From assembly GCA_051294375.1 (NCBI GenBank), contig CM119265.1, positions 17,785,193 to 17,849,192 on the forward strand: 64,000 bases of DNA, written 5' to 3'. The DNA comes from Paraspadella gotoi. Taxonomy: Eukaryota; Animalia; Chaetognatha. Positions 44,328 to 58,082 of the stretch are shown here, piece by piece. Each line of letters begins with the position of its first letter. The first letter of the stretch is position 1. Under the pieces are notes generated by a model. It was not told where the DNA came from. It was given only the letters and a program-made list of their open reading frames with translations, and made no database searches. A program made the position numbers and the translations under genes.

Positions 44328-45078
44328 CGGCGTCGGCGACGAAGAACCAGTTTAGTATTCATCTTAAACATATATAGTTAATAGTGTGAGTTTATTATTA
44401 CTAATTGAAATAAGACAGATTAAGAAATCAAACATGCTCTGCATTTTGTTGTCTTGGGTTCAATTTAAACTAAAGAATAAGAAAATCGGTAATTATTTTT
44501 CAAGTTGCTTTTATTTCGTTATTTTTTCGTGTTATTTTTTCTCGAAGGAAAGAGGCGACATCAAACGGCTAAACTCGATGAGAGAGTCGCTGTTGAAGGA
44601 AGAAACGGATCGAAGTTTCGAAAGGACAACCGACAAAAATCGGGAACGAAGAACCGACAAAGAAACTGACAAAGGAGGCGAAAGAGGAGACTGGAGAATT
44701 CTCGACAAAGTCAGCGCGGATGGAAAGGTCGCTAGGGGAGAATCTGGCGGCCGAGGAAACAGAAGAACAGTCGGAGAAAATGGGGAAACAACCGACGTCG
44801 TTGGAAGCAAATGCGACGTTGGAAAACTCGGGAATCAAACGAATGTTTTTAAACAGGCTAGTCTCTGATATAGTAGACAAGAAACTGGGCGATTTTTATT
44901 AGATAAAAATCTAAATCATATATTTTTTTTTATAATTTGTAAAAAGTTTTCTTCCTTCTTTCGTCCTTGGTTTGTTTCCTTTTTTCTTTCTTCTTTATCG
45001 CCAGCAGATTCTTTTCATCTCATGATTAATTCATCAAAATTGTTCAGTTCGCGATTTTAAAGAAGATAAAAACCAAAT

Positions 45079-45127
<49 letters not shown>

Positions 45128-46956
45128 TGATAGAGATAAAGTTTTGTTTTTCTCATTAATTCTGTTTCATCGCTGTTTTCCCAAGGTGCTTGTGGCTCAT
45201 TAGCATATTTGATCGGTCCGGTTATTAGATTCTCTTGATGACGATTGCAAGCGCCATTGGAAATGTGGCGATGAAAGAGCAGGACAGAAGAATTGATTAA
45301 AAAGTTTCAAGTAATTAAAAGACGATTCTATTTTAGGACCCTGTTTATATTTCCTATTTTATAACTTATTCTTTTTGTTATTTCCATTATTATTTTTTTT
45401 TCCGAACAGTCGCCGTTGAAACCGAAAAAAACTAGAAATTCTATTATCGCAAAAAGTGGGAAAAAAATAAGTGAACAAGTGACAGATTCAATCAAATTTT
45501 CAGGAGACAAGACGAGACAATCCCGACGCCTCCATTGTTTCGCGAAGAAAATCCTCTCGTCGCCCTTTCCCACCTTCGCCGACTTTTCCTACACCGCGAC
45601 GCTCTTATCCTTCACCCGTTCAACGCGCCACCCCGAACCCCCGCGGTACCCCCGTCACTCCTGCCACCCCAGCGGGGCGATCCTGCCCAACCCCGTGCAC
45701 TCCTCCGTCGCCCTCGCCCTGCACTCGCGCCGTCTCTCGAGTCTCTCGAGTCTCCGTCTCCCGCCGCCCGACCGTCTCCCCGATTCCCTACGGAAGGACG
45801 CTGAGGGCGTCGCCGCCGCCCTCGCCTTACGAGGGACTCCGTTCTTCGTCCTCTTCGAGGCTTGGCGGTGGCTGCGGCGGCGGCGGCGGCGGCAGCAACG
45901 GACTTTCTTTTACGCCGCTTTCAGAGACGACGTTCAAATATTTGCGACGTGCCTCCGTCACCGGCGCCACCAAAGGAAAGTCGCAAAAATGCGGCGTTAC
46001 CGGAGCGAATTCCAGGGCGGCGCTGCCCTCGAGGGCCGGCGTCGAGCGGCGTTCTCGAGCTGGGGCGTCCTTGGAGGGAGGCGCGGCTCGACGGCAAATT
46101 GGGGCGGCGGCGGCGACGCCGTCGACCAAAGAATCGAGACGGAAGACGAAAGCGGAACCGGAAAGGGAACGAAGCCGCTGGGGGGCGTTCAAAAAGAAAA
46201 AGTATCAGCACTGCGTTTGAATTGGAGGAATGATTTTGCCTTTTGTTTTGTTCTCTTACAAATACGAAGGTTAACGCTGATTGCTAAATTGAAGGCCGGA
46301 CTTATTTTTAATTTTGTTTTATCTGAAAATAAATAAAATAAATAAATGGCTGTGAAAAAGTATTACATCGTTTAATTTACGAAAGTAAGCTTCGAAATAC
46401 TCTAAACTGCTTTTAGAAAATTTAAAAAATTAGTAGCTTTAGCTGGGCAGAGCAAATTATCATCACTTACCAATGACGTGAATTATTAGAAAGCTATTGG
46501 TAAGCGAAGCAGCAGCGACAATTATAAGATAAGGTTGCTAGGCTTGGAATTGTTTATTTCATGAGTATATCCGATGATAACTTTGAAGCTTTTGGACAGT
46601 CATCAAATATTTAATATTTATTGCGTTTGGCGTGTTCCGTTCTTTTCTATTGTCGATTTTAAATATTGTTTGAATGTTTTAGTCTAAATGAGTATTTCGT
46701 CGATATATTTTTGCTTATGATTCGGAATTTCGAAGCGCCTCCTCGAATGAGGGAGAGACAAAGAGAGAGAGGGAGAGAGAAAGAGTGAAAGACAGAATTT
46801 AACTTGGCCCTCGTGAGCTCGATGATCAGTTGGATTCAGGTTAAATAATTCAAAAATAGAATCACTCTTCCGTATTTTTAGGCTCACAGCTCGTCCGGTT
46901 TTTTCTCTAAACCATCGCCGTAGGATAATGTTTTAAGTTGTCGCAAGTTAAAAAGT

Positions 46957-47064
46957 GGGCGGGGCCCAGAAAGGACCCTGTTCCGGAAGTGGAAGCGTCG
47001 AGAAGCCGTTAAAAAGAAATGCTTCTCCGCCACGAGCGTCACCCAATGTCGCTTCAACTTCCGG
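46957..47064. promoter_or_regulatory. GC box plus two ETS sites in a CpG-rich island
   Basis: GGGCGGGG 46957, CCGGAAGT 46983, ACTTCCGG 47057; motif match only. Confidence 0.25.
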
Positions 47065-50000
47065 TATAGTCGTGCTGCGATGCAATGCCACGCGGCGTTG
47101 TGCGGCGCCAGCGCCACGAATTTGTGTCCTCGGGTAGGCAAAAACCGGGACGCCACTTTTCCGGCGACGTTACGATGCGATAAGTTTAAGCCGGGGAGCG
47201 AAGGGCGATAAAGTCTCTCTCGTCGTGAGGCACTCCGTTAGTTCTGGTGAATTTACTCAGCAAATACGATCGTTTCTGTCTTGTTGTGAATTTAGCGACG
47301 CCCGACGCCGAAACCAAAAGCGGCGTCGTGATCGATGGAGAAAATAAAAACAAAAACAAACAAATCGATGAAGTAATCTTTCCTACTTTTAACGTTGCTA
47401 GGTAACCGTTGCTACGATGAATAAAACGACGTTTTTTTTTGTGTGTGTGTGTGTGAAAAATATAAATTTTTTTGTTTTTTTTTTTATTTCGTTGCTTTTT
47501 TTGTTTGAATGTGTAGAATAGTTCGTGTACAAAAAGTCTGCGGTATATGACAAAAAAAAAATTGCGTGGCGTATAAGTGGAAGTGGAAATTGTGAGCTAC
47601 TGCGGTGAAAACCGTCGCCGAGGAGTTTTTGTTGCCAAGCGACGAGGATTTCGCGACAACGCGGTATCCAGGAAGAGAAGGAGGAGGAGGAAGAGGAGAG
47701 GAGGGTGGATGATAACGTGGGGTGGGGGATCATGGGGATGAAGGATGTAAGAGAGGGAGAAGGAAGGAAGAAGGAAAAATGTTTCTCGTTAAAAAAAAAA
47801 GAAGCGGAAATAAGAAAGAGATCGCCTCAACAGTGGTCACTGGCCGGTGGTAGCCCAAAAAAAGTTCATGTTATTAGTTTATATAAAAAAAAAGGGGAGA
47901 GAAAAGGAAAGAGAAAAATGGACGGTTAAAAATATTTTACCGCAGAACGGAATTAAGTTTAGCTTTTTGCTGATTGATGCCAAGAGACACATGAGAAGAC
48001 GGAAAAAAAGTTAAGAAGGATTAGAAAGGATTTGATAGGAAAGAAAGACCAATTGGAGGAATCGGAAGAAGGAAAAATATGGACGATCGAAGAAAGGTAA
48101 AAAAAAAAGGAAAGAGAGCAAGAAAGAAAAACATATAAAGAAAGAAAAAGAGTAAAGTTAAGAACAAGATGTAAAAAGAAAGAAAGAGATAAAGAATAAA
48201 AAAAAAAAAAAGAAAAAAGTATAAAGCGGGAAATAAAAAGAGAGAGAAAGAAGAGAATAAAGAAGAAAATAAAAAGGATAACTCCCAAGAAGTGGTACAA
48301 GTCCCAAAAGGTAAGAGAAGAGAAGAGAATTAACGATCCGCAAATAAAAGAGAAGAATCTCGCTGACGATCGCATTTCTGAGAAATAATAAGAAACTCGA
48401 GAAAGAAATTCCCTGCGGGTCACAGGGATACTTTTTTTTCCCTGTAAGTTATAAAAGTTTTTTAAAAAGTATTTACATAATTTAGATGTCAATTTATTAT
48501 AGTTAGTTCGTTTACGGCTTTAATAAAAAAAAACATTGCGCGTCTCCCATCGGCCCATAACAGGCGCTCTCTTTTTTTCTATAACGAGGTTACGTCGTCT
48601 AACGGAAAGAGATTACGACGCAGGGCGGTGAGAAGTGGGCAGACAGATAAGGGGATTAGCTTTGAGACGAAAGATTTTCACTATGACCCATCAATGTGTT
48701 AGCATCATTATTTTTGATCGTTTGCTAATTAATGGCATAATAAAATAATTTACTTTTAATTCGCTTTAGAAAGAATGCCACGATTAAAAATATTTTTAAC
48801 GCAGTTTCTCATTTATTCGCCCCTTTCTATGTCGCGGTATTTTTCTGGCTCAAAAAATGGTCAGCGGTAAAACAAAACTCGCTCAACCGTTGCTCGTTAT
48901 TACCGACGTATAAACCGTATAAGGTGGGCGTATCGGATATCGGACTTTCCGCGACTCCCCTTTCTCCCGCCAAAAAAAAAGGGCCAATAGGTTTGGACTC
49001 GCAAGATGGCGGCGGAAAAGGACGATTAGGAAAAGGAATGACGTCAAAAACAGAGTCGGGATTCGAAAGGGGGCGCTCGTCTCTTAAGAAAAGAAAAGAT
49101 GACGACGAATGCGAAGGGTCGTGGAAAAATCGAATTAGCATCGGGAGAACGATGAGCAGGAGCAAACGGGGGGGAGGGAGTTAAGTGGGAGGAGCAAGGG
49201 AGCGCTGAGGAAAAAGGGAGAAGAGAAGTGAAAAAGAGAAAGATGAGAGGCGGACAATTGCATCAAAGTTAAAATTCGATGATTAACAGATGTTCAAAAC
49301 TTCGTAGTCAAAAGTTTGGTTATAAAAAACATTAGAATGTCCTTCCAACATCTAATATCTATATACATCTGTATATCTGTATCTCTAATGACTGAAGGGG
49401 AAGAATGTTAGGCAACGAAATATTTCATCGAGAAAATCTTTAAAAGGAGCAGAATATACAAAGCCCATGAACGTCACTGGAGCAGAAAGAACTTTTCTCG
49501 AGAGCGAAGCATTTTAACGTACTGTGGACGACACAGTCCACAGTACTTTATTTCCGAAGCGAGTTTCTCTTAATATTTTCTCTCGAAGCAACAGGAACAG
49601 TAGGTCTCTTATGGCCGCCATAATATTCCCAAACCGGAGAAAATGATGGCGGTGCATCGAGGGCTATTTTTGACCTCTGATGAAGACTGTTGAGACGCTA
49701 ACTAGGAAAGAAAGGAAAAGTAAATATAAAAAGGAAAGAAAGAAAGAAAGAAAGAAAGAAAGAAAAGAAAAAAGAAAAAAGAAAGAAAGAAAGAAAGTAA
49801 GAAAGTGAGAGATAATGTAGCAAAAAGGAATACGTACTAAATTTAAACGCCGATGTATGTTAGAACTACATAAGTGTCAGTGGCTTAACTGAACATTAAT
49901 CTTTCACCTACGCCATGGTGCAGCAGCGATTTTTCTCCATTTCCCGTGAAAAGTTAAAAAGTGAAAGTGAAATTGAGTTGGATTCCATTCGGAAGACGTG

Positions 50001-51371
50001 AGGGAAGGGCAAAGTCTGTGAAACGCGTTAAGTGATTCTTACAAAGTTTAATGTCTGAGACGCAACGACGCATCGTTGTAAGGTTATTTTGTGATAGAAT
50101 GAATTTGCTTGGCCGTTAATGTTTTTGTAACAATTTGTTTTTTTGGATCGATTTTATTTTTCAGATAAATAAATCAGCTATCAAGCTATTTACGAAATTG
50201 TACATTTTTGAAAAACGAAGTATCTATACACGAGTAGACAATCCTCGCAGCATCGTAGAACAAACTGATTCCTGTTTTCGTTAAAAGTTTTTTCAAACTT
50301 TTTTCAAAACTGGAAAAAGGACTCGATTAAAATGAAAAGAAAAAAACCCCTCACTTTCCCGGGATTCATTTCATTCGACAGTCGACAGAATTAAATTCGA
50401 CGATCGCTTTCATTCCTCTCACCATAAAAATCCATCACTCATCATATAACGCGCCCATCTCTATTTATTGGTCGCGCGAAACTAACATATATTTTCCCAT
50501 ATTTTAAGTCCTCGAATCAAAAATAAAAATTTACAGCGAATAAAAAATATCGGGAAAGAAATGAGATTTTCCCCCAAATATTTGAATATTTTTTTTATTC
50601 AAAAGAATGAAGACTGAAAGAATCGAATCTTATGATGGTGGTAAGAAGATCAAGTAAAAAAATGCCCAATATATGTTTTACTATATTTGTATAGAATTTG
50701 AGATTAAACTTGATTATGATAATGTTGTTGGTTATAAACCATATAAATGAATATTAGGAATATTTTAAATAAAAACCGATTATCTCTATCAGATCAGTCG
50801 TTAAACATTGATCAATTTTTCACGCTTATTTGCATATTCGTTGTTAGCAAACTTTGGGGAAATAAGTCCTAAAACGTAACATGTAACTAATTTCTTACAT
50901 TTGAGCCCGAGGCATTCTTCATTTTTTGACTTGACCTTCATACCCCCCCTCTCATGATGGGTGAGAATTGGGAGAGCCTGGGAAGAAAAAACGAGATAGG
51001 GAGGGAAGAGAGAGAGAAGGAGAGGGAGAGGGAAAGAAAGAGAGAGAGACAGGGAGAGAAAGAGAAATAGAAAGAGCAACCTTGGGCGTTTCAATTTTGC
51101 GAAATGAATCCCGCTCAACAAAAGTGAGAGATAAATGAAGGAAAATGGAGATAAGGCTTGAACGTGAAGTTGGGGGACGGTTAGGTGGTTGATGGGAAGG
51201 ATGGAGATCAGTTGGGTGAACAACAAGAAATCATCGGACTGAGAAAAGGGCAGTGAATAATTTCTCCCTCTCCGACAACCACCGCCGCTATCCCGGGCAT
51301 CGAGCATCTTTATGTCCAATCAGAAATAACCCTAATTGCCACCACTAGAACTTGCCTCATTGCCACCCCCG

Positions 51372-52250
51372 CCAGGTTGTGCAAAAAAAACAAAAAAACG
51401 CGCCACTTAATTTCAGACTTTAAAAATCACCCTATATACTTGCATTTTTAAATAAATTTTAAAAGTGATTTAATGTTTAATAAAAGATGACAGGTTTGGT
51501 ATAAATTTTATTAAAATTGGGCTATTCATTTAGAAGCAATGATTTTTTAAAATGAAGTACTCTACCACAGAGCCGAATGTAAAAAAAATCTGAGAGATTT
51601 CTGATATAGCTGGATAACTTGATTGCCCCAGATCCCTAAATAATAATCTTAAAGTTACCAAAACATACGATGAAAGACAGGTCTATTATTTTAAAGCTTT
51701 TACATGGATTTCAAACGGGGAATAAAATGAAATAATCAAATACTGGGGCAAAATTAAAATCGCCAACATTTTTATTTTTTAACTCCCAGTAGTCCAGCTT
51801 GCTTACTTTTTTAGTTATGTACTCATCAATGGCATGATCGAATTTCAAAAAAATATATTTTTTGCATTTGAATAATACCTTCCTATTATAAGATATATTT
51901 TTATGAAAAAAAAATGAAATGTTTTAAAACTTTGGTTCATGTTACAGATATAGATATTGGAGTATGTGCCTGAGCAATCAGAATGTCAAAAGCTTATTCA
52001 TAACTATAATGACAGCCTTTTTCATTTTATGATTTTTTTAGTTAAAAAAAATCCGTGTAGATTTTCCCATTTGGTTTTGGAACACTCAAGTTTAAAAAAT
52101 TATATCTCCTAAACCACTTGACCAATTGTAATAAAATTTAGACACATTGATTCCTTTTTTTTTTAAATTATTTTTTATTTGATATTAAAATTTTTTTTAA
52201 AATTTGAAGTTATAAAGTGGCGCGTTTTTTTTTTTTTGCACAGGACAGTA
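51372..52250. mobile_element. Non-autonomous TIR element (MITE-like), ~870 bp, AT-rich
   Basis: Left TGTGCAAAAAAAACAAAAAAACGCGCCACTT (51378-51408) is the inverse of right AAGTGGCGCGTTTTTTTTTTTTTGCACA (52215-52242). Weaker symmetry extends inward; right end ...GGACAG|TA; no ORF. Confidence 0.65.
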
Positions 52251-53297
52251 ATTGCCACTTCACCACTTCCCAAATTGACACCGCCCACCACCTCCTTCGG
52301 CTTTCGCTGCCACCCGTCCCTCGCTGATTCATTCTCACAGTATAAATCGATATTTCTTCTCTCGAGAAAAAGCAAAAACCTGAAACTCATTAATCCCCCG
52401 TCGCCATGGCAACGGCGTTATATCTCTGCTCATTGGACGCGGAAATATGATAACTTTGCCCTCTTCGTCGCTACTCTTCCTCCTCCTCTTCCTCTTCACT
52501 TTTTCACTCTCTCTCTTCCTGAGGGAATTCAAAAGGGGAGATACGCTCGAGATGAAGGGACAAATAATAAGTTTTATGTCGATAAGATTCACTTCTTCTT
52601 TTCTTTATATGTTCTTTCTCCGGTTTCCGCGATTCTTGAGTTTCACTTTTTTCTTCTTTTTTTTTTTAGTTCCCGGTTCTTTTCCACTTAGTGTATGTTC
52701 CTAACTTTAGTTTAGACAGCGCGATGACAGCGTTATCTTCAGACGGCTCACACGGAGAGAATGGTAAAGACTTAGACAAGCTTTGGAGCCAAGCAATGGC
52801 CAAAAAGCAGAAACAAAAGATTCGCGAGAGAAAAGACAATTTGTTTCATTTCATCGAAGAGAAAAGAAAGAGAACAAAGACGCTAAGCAAACCATGTCGG
52901 ATCGGCCCATGATCATTAGCGGGAATTAATTAATTATTTAATTAATTCAAGTTAATTAATTAATTAATTTGATCCGAAATGTTTGTTTTAGGTCTTTTCG
53001 TCACTGATCAAAACAAAAGCAACGACGAGGATGATGGCGACGACGATGATGGCGACGACGACAATAATGCCGATAACGATTGACTTAATTGATTGATTGA
53101 TTTTTTGATTAAATAATTAATTAATTGAAAAATAAATTGATTAATTGAATAATAAATTAATAGATAAACTCATTTCTACTCGCATGATTCCATCGAAACT
53201 TCATATCCAGCTCAATCACACACTTCCCTCCCCACACACAAATTTTCATTCCAATCCATCCATCCAATCACGAGTAATTGAAATTTTTTGCTAAGGT

Positions 53298-53475
53298 GAG
53301 ACGGACGGACGGACATACAGATGGACGGACATAATTTTTTTTGCATAATTCATCATAATTCGATGTTCTGACATGATATAAGTAAATGCCCGACAAGATT
53401 AAGGGGGCGGACCGACGGACCGACAAAGTGAATTATAGAGTTGTGATCTGCTGATAAGCAGATCCGACTAAAAAA
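53298..53475 (+). mobile_element. HINE/DINE-1-like end fragment(s) with terminal hairpin
   Basis: (GACG)n tract, GACCGACAAAGTGAATTATAGAGTTG (cf. 58570-58593), 8-bp hairpin GATCTGCT-gata-AGCAGATC (53445-53464), then CGACTAAAAAA. Confidence 0.5.
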
Positions 53476-55237
53476 GAGAAAGAAAAGAAAATTGATTAAA
53501 CTCGAATAAAGTTGATTAAAGAGGGACAAAAAATGATTAAGCCTAACGAGATATGAAATAAAATTGAAAAGAAAAAGGAGTAGAGCGGAAAAATTGGAGA
53601 AACGAGAAAATTAGAAATCTTCATCGCCTCGGGATTTTCTCGCTAGAGGCGCCCTTCGACGCCATTTTGCAAATTCGTCTTGTGACATCGGTTGGTGACT
53701 TCTAGTGACACTTTGTCAAATTTTTTTATGGGAATTTTTTTTTGACTCACTTGTGCGCCTAATTAAAAAAAATGGGTTTGACCTTTCCTTGGATGGCAGA
53801 CTGTCACGCAATGTATTCTATAGAGACAGGATAGTCTTTTCAAAATCTAAGAATAGAGTTTTTGTGAATATTATGTATAAAAAAAAACACGAAAAAACAA
53901 AAGAGTAACGACTCCGACAACCATATCGATTCGAGGTGAAAAAAAAAGGATCCAACCAATCTGCCCCCAAATCTCGACCGAAATTCGCACCGCCTTTTGT
54001 TTTCGTTTCGATTGACGTCTCGAGGCCGGGAAACGCCCTCGCGCGGCTTTGCTATTGGCTTCCGGCGACCGCGCCTCCCCTCATGTTTACCTTAATGTGC
54101 TTTCATTTCCTGTTAGTCGTTTCCACCTTAGACGTTTGACTCTTTCCGTTGACTACACGCCCCTTGGAACGCTGGCAACTTTGTACGGGCATGTGGCACT
54201 TGAATGCTGTAACTGACAACAATTTAACTCGGACCTCCCTTGCGATCTTGGGTAACTTTCAATACGGAATACTTAAATTAGGTACAATTGTTTTTGTACG
54301 CTGTCATTGAATTCAGACGCATTCAGATCTTTCTTCACCGTCATCAATGTTTTCCAGTGTTGTCTCTCTTTCTCTCTCCCTTTTTCCTCATCCCAAATTA
54401 GCTCTCATCGCCGAATTTCGACGCGGGTCTCCCCCCCCCTTCCACGACCTCTTTCTCCTTCCCGATCCCCCTGTCTCATCTCATCCTTTTACATCACTGA
54501 GGATTTTTTTCCCTTTTCTCTCACGTCACCAGAGCTTCCGGTTTTAAGTGATTAACCTCGCACATTACATTATCTCTAGTTATCTTTAAAATATTTCAGA
54601 ATAACAATTTTGCTCTCTTTTCTAAAACGCAGATTTACGAAAAAAAAAAGGCTTAAAAGTTAAAACGTTAAAAAACTACTACTACTTTGGCAACAGCGTT
54701 CCCGTTTCCCGCCAAACCCATCCTCTTCTCTCCCCCCTCCCCCTTCCTTCGCTTTTAAAAAGATGGGCGCATTAGCGACGGGGCAATCCGTTGGCCCCAG
54801 ATGACAGTTTCGTTCGTTTTAAGCAGATGGGAAATTGGTTTACGTCCGACGGCAACAACGAGAAGCCGACGACCGACGGCGTGGGGGAAATAAAGTCGGT
54901 GAGAGGGTGGGGTAGAGAAGGCGGGAAATTAAAGAAAGGAGGAAGGGAAGAGGAAGAAAAGGAAACAAGTGGCTGCGTCAATGCATGTCAATCTATTTAA
55001 AGAGCTTAATCTGAATCGTTACAGCGGTATAAATAACATTTCGCTATTTGAAAAGATATTTTAAAAATTAAAGTAATATTTTATATTAATTTTACTTGCA
55101 TCATTTTTTTGAATTTGCGTCATGTATCACTTTGCATCATTTGTTAACCTTTTAGCGACCTAAACAAGAACAACAACAACCGCCCGCTAAAACCTGCGGT
55201 CCTGCATCATCATCGTCATTATCATTAATACATTAAT

Positions 55238-55280
<43 letters not shown>

Positions 55281-55337
55281 GAAGGAAGGAAGGAAGGAAG
55301 GAAGGAAGGAAGGAAGGAAGGAAGGAAGGAAGGAAGG
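55238..55337. repeat. Compound (AAAG)n(AAGG)n microsatellite
   Basis: perfect tetranucleotide runs. Confidence 0.95.
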
Positions 55338-56020
55338 TTGTCGGTCGATGTAACGGAAATCCCGAAAGGGTTGGAGGAGAAAAAGAGAAGAGAAACAACT
55401 AGATTGGAAGAGGAAGAGGAAGAAGAAGAGGCCGAGATAATAGGTGGGTCTAATGAAACCCCCCAAAAAAATCCTGAAGCGAGTGAGGGGATGAAAAGGG
55501 AGGCGAAGGTCAGGGTCGAAAAGAGGATCGAAATTAAAAGGAAACGAGGAGGAAGGAGTGAAAGGGGGGGGGGCGAGGGTGGGAGGGAAACGAATTGAGA
55601 ATTGGTGAAATGAGAAAAAGGGATTCTGCGGGGATGAGATTAGTGTAAGAATTTAATAGAGAAAATTCGACTGTCTGGATAAGAAAAAAAGTCGACGGAG
55701 GAAAGTATAAAAAGAGAGAGAGAGAGACAGACACAGAGCGAGAGAGTAAGATAGAAAGAGAAATTTTTCGGCGCAGAGACGCCAGTCTTTAACGACGCGT
55801 GTGTCATCCATTGAAAACATTGGCACCGTTCGAATTCCGACAAATGTTGCTCTTTTGTCTCCTCCATTTGCACTTTTGTTGGTTTTTTTGGGGGGGAAGG
55901 GGATCTGAGGTTTCCCTGGCGGATGAAGAAAGTTTCACAAATTTATAGAATCGCTTCGAAAATGTGATATTTTTAACGTATAAAAAAGTTTAAAATGTTA
56001 AACTCCTCTCTTCTAAATTA

Positions 56021-56091
56021 TGCACCGCCCGGGAATCGAACCCGAGTCGCAAGAATGGGAATCTTGCATGATACCACTACACCAGCGGTGC
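56021..56091 (-). tRNA. trnG-CCC: tRNA-Gly (anticodon CCC)
   Basis: Reverse complement GCACCGCTGGTGTAGTGGTATCATGCAAGATTCCCATTCTTGCGACTCGGGTTCGATTCCCGGGCGGTGCA. Acceptor stem GCACCGC/GCGGTGC, A-box, anticodon stem CAAGA/TCTTG with loop TTCCCAT, B-box GGTTCGATTCC; T-runs downstream (55982-55995). Confidence 0.97.
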
Positions 56092-57671
56092 TGATGTGGA
56101 AATGCATTACTTTTTGTTTTCCATATGGTTTTCCTCAGAAGGAAAAGGTTTTCTTGTTCGACCACCAGAGTTCCTCCGTTTTCGCTCGACAAAGACACAA
56201 AATTCTTCTTTTCACCAAATGTAGGACATTTCCGCGCATTATGAATGCGATCTGGTCGATGGGGTTTTGTTTACCGCTTCCTTTTTTCATTCTTTTCTTT
56301 CCTTTTCTCTTCCAATACTTATTTCTCTTCCGTCTTTCTCCTCTAAATCCATATATTTCTAGCTTCTTTCCATTTATACTATATTTTTGCGTTTTTTCCT
56401 TTTACATAAGAAAAAGAAAGTCTTTAGCCATTTACGCTCCTCCGCTACTTCATAACTTATACTTCTCCGTGCCGAACTAAATTTTCTTGTTTGATTTTTA
56501 TAATATTTTCACTTGCTTTTTAAGCTTGATCCTCTTTTTTTTATCCGCTTTGCTTTTTTCTTCGTACTTCCCTCTATTCTCACCACTTTTTCTCGTGATA
56601 CTCTGTTTTTCTTTTCAACGTCGACTCTTTTTTCCTCCCCCCCCTGGTCCGGGCCTTTCATTCTACCCTCTCTCTTCCTCACTTACCCTCCCTTCACTCT
56701 CGCCAACCTCAAACTCAACTTTGTATCCATCGAGTTATTTAGCTCGAAATCTCGGCTTTGCTCAGAGCCGCCGCAGCTGCCTCTACAATCGCAGCAAAAG
56801 CGAAGCGGCGGCGCGGGCCCTGCGCCCGTATGGGCGACGCGGCGGGGAAAACAAAAGAACATCGCCGCTTCGCTGATCAGGCGCTGAACGGGCGAGGAGA
56901 GGTCTCTGGAGGGAATCTGGCGAATGGCGCGGAAATTGTCTCGCCTGCGACTTCGGTTGTGAAACGGGCTTGCAGGCGTGTGGCAACAGGCAATATAGGC
57001 ATCAGGCATATTTGGGTTGGTAGTTATGATGCAGTTCGTAAATAATTGTAGGCTTTTCTTTTTTTACCAGAAAATTAATTTTTCGTCTTCTAATTGAGTG
57101 TAACTTCAGAAATTTCGAAAGAAAAAAACTTCGAACCAAAGCGTCGTTTTTGGATGAAGAACGTAAATATTGATAGAGATTCGCTCTCTATTTGCAACCA
57201 AGAAAAGCTGCAACCGGAACAACATTTGTGCTACGAATTATATATTATGTAAAAGAAGAATCTGGCGACGACGCTGAGGTTTAATTAAAAATGGCAACGA
57301 ATGTGCGAATCGGTTCTCAATGCTGTCGTCGTCGTTTTCGTCGCCATCGTTTTCGTCGTCGTCGTCGTCGTCGTCATCCTATGCAATTTTTACTTAAACA
57401 GAAATCCTCNNNNNNNNNNATCGTCATCGTCGTCGCATTCTTCATCCGGTTGTTCGTGTTGACTTCCGCCATCGCGACTGAAATCAAAACATACAATTAT
57501 TTTATAATATGGTCACCGCCTACTCGATCCTCCTAGTTATGCGGTGTTTTACCAAATGTTGGTAAACAAGACATTTCCAACTTATAAAAGGTAACTAAAT
57601 ATTTATTTAATAGCAAAAGCATTCAGTCCATTCTCTGATTCGTAATAATTCATATTAATTGTAATCGTGCA

Positions 57672-57721
57672 CGTCATCGTCATGTTTGTCGTCGTCGTCG
57701 TCGTCGTCGTCATCGTCGTCA

Positions 57722-57772
<51 letters not shown>

Positions 57773-57774
57773 TC
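57672..57774. repeat. (GTC)n microsatellite, imperfect
   Basis: gtc run interrupted by atc. Confidence 0.9.
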
Positions 57775-58082
57775 AACACGAGTCAATTCGTCTTTTTCTT
57801 CCGGTTTTTCACGTTTGCTTTTTTATCCTCGGATGTGGAAGGAAAAGTTCGGTTAAAAAGAAAGAAATGAATTCGACAAGGAGAGAAGGAGAAAGGAAAA
57901 AAAAAGAAAGTTGAAATAAAATTGAATAAAATTGAATAAAATGGAAATAAAAATGAAGGAATATACTGTAGAAAAAAAAGAGAGAAAGACGGAAAGATAG
58001 AAAGAAAAAAAAATAAGAAAGAGAGAGTAAACCTAAAGAAGAGAATAAATGAGTTTTTCTAGGGACGTGAATCATCGCCGAA

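Noticed and set aside
55995-56480. ORFs overlapping the tRNA
   Set aside because: Spurious frames through the tRNA-Gly gene and T-rich flank
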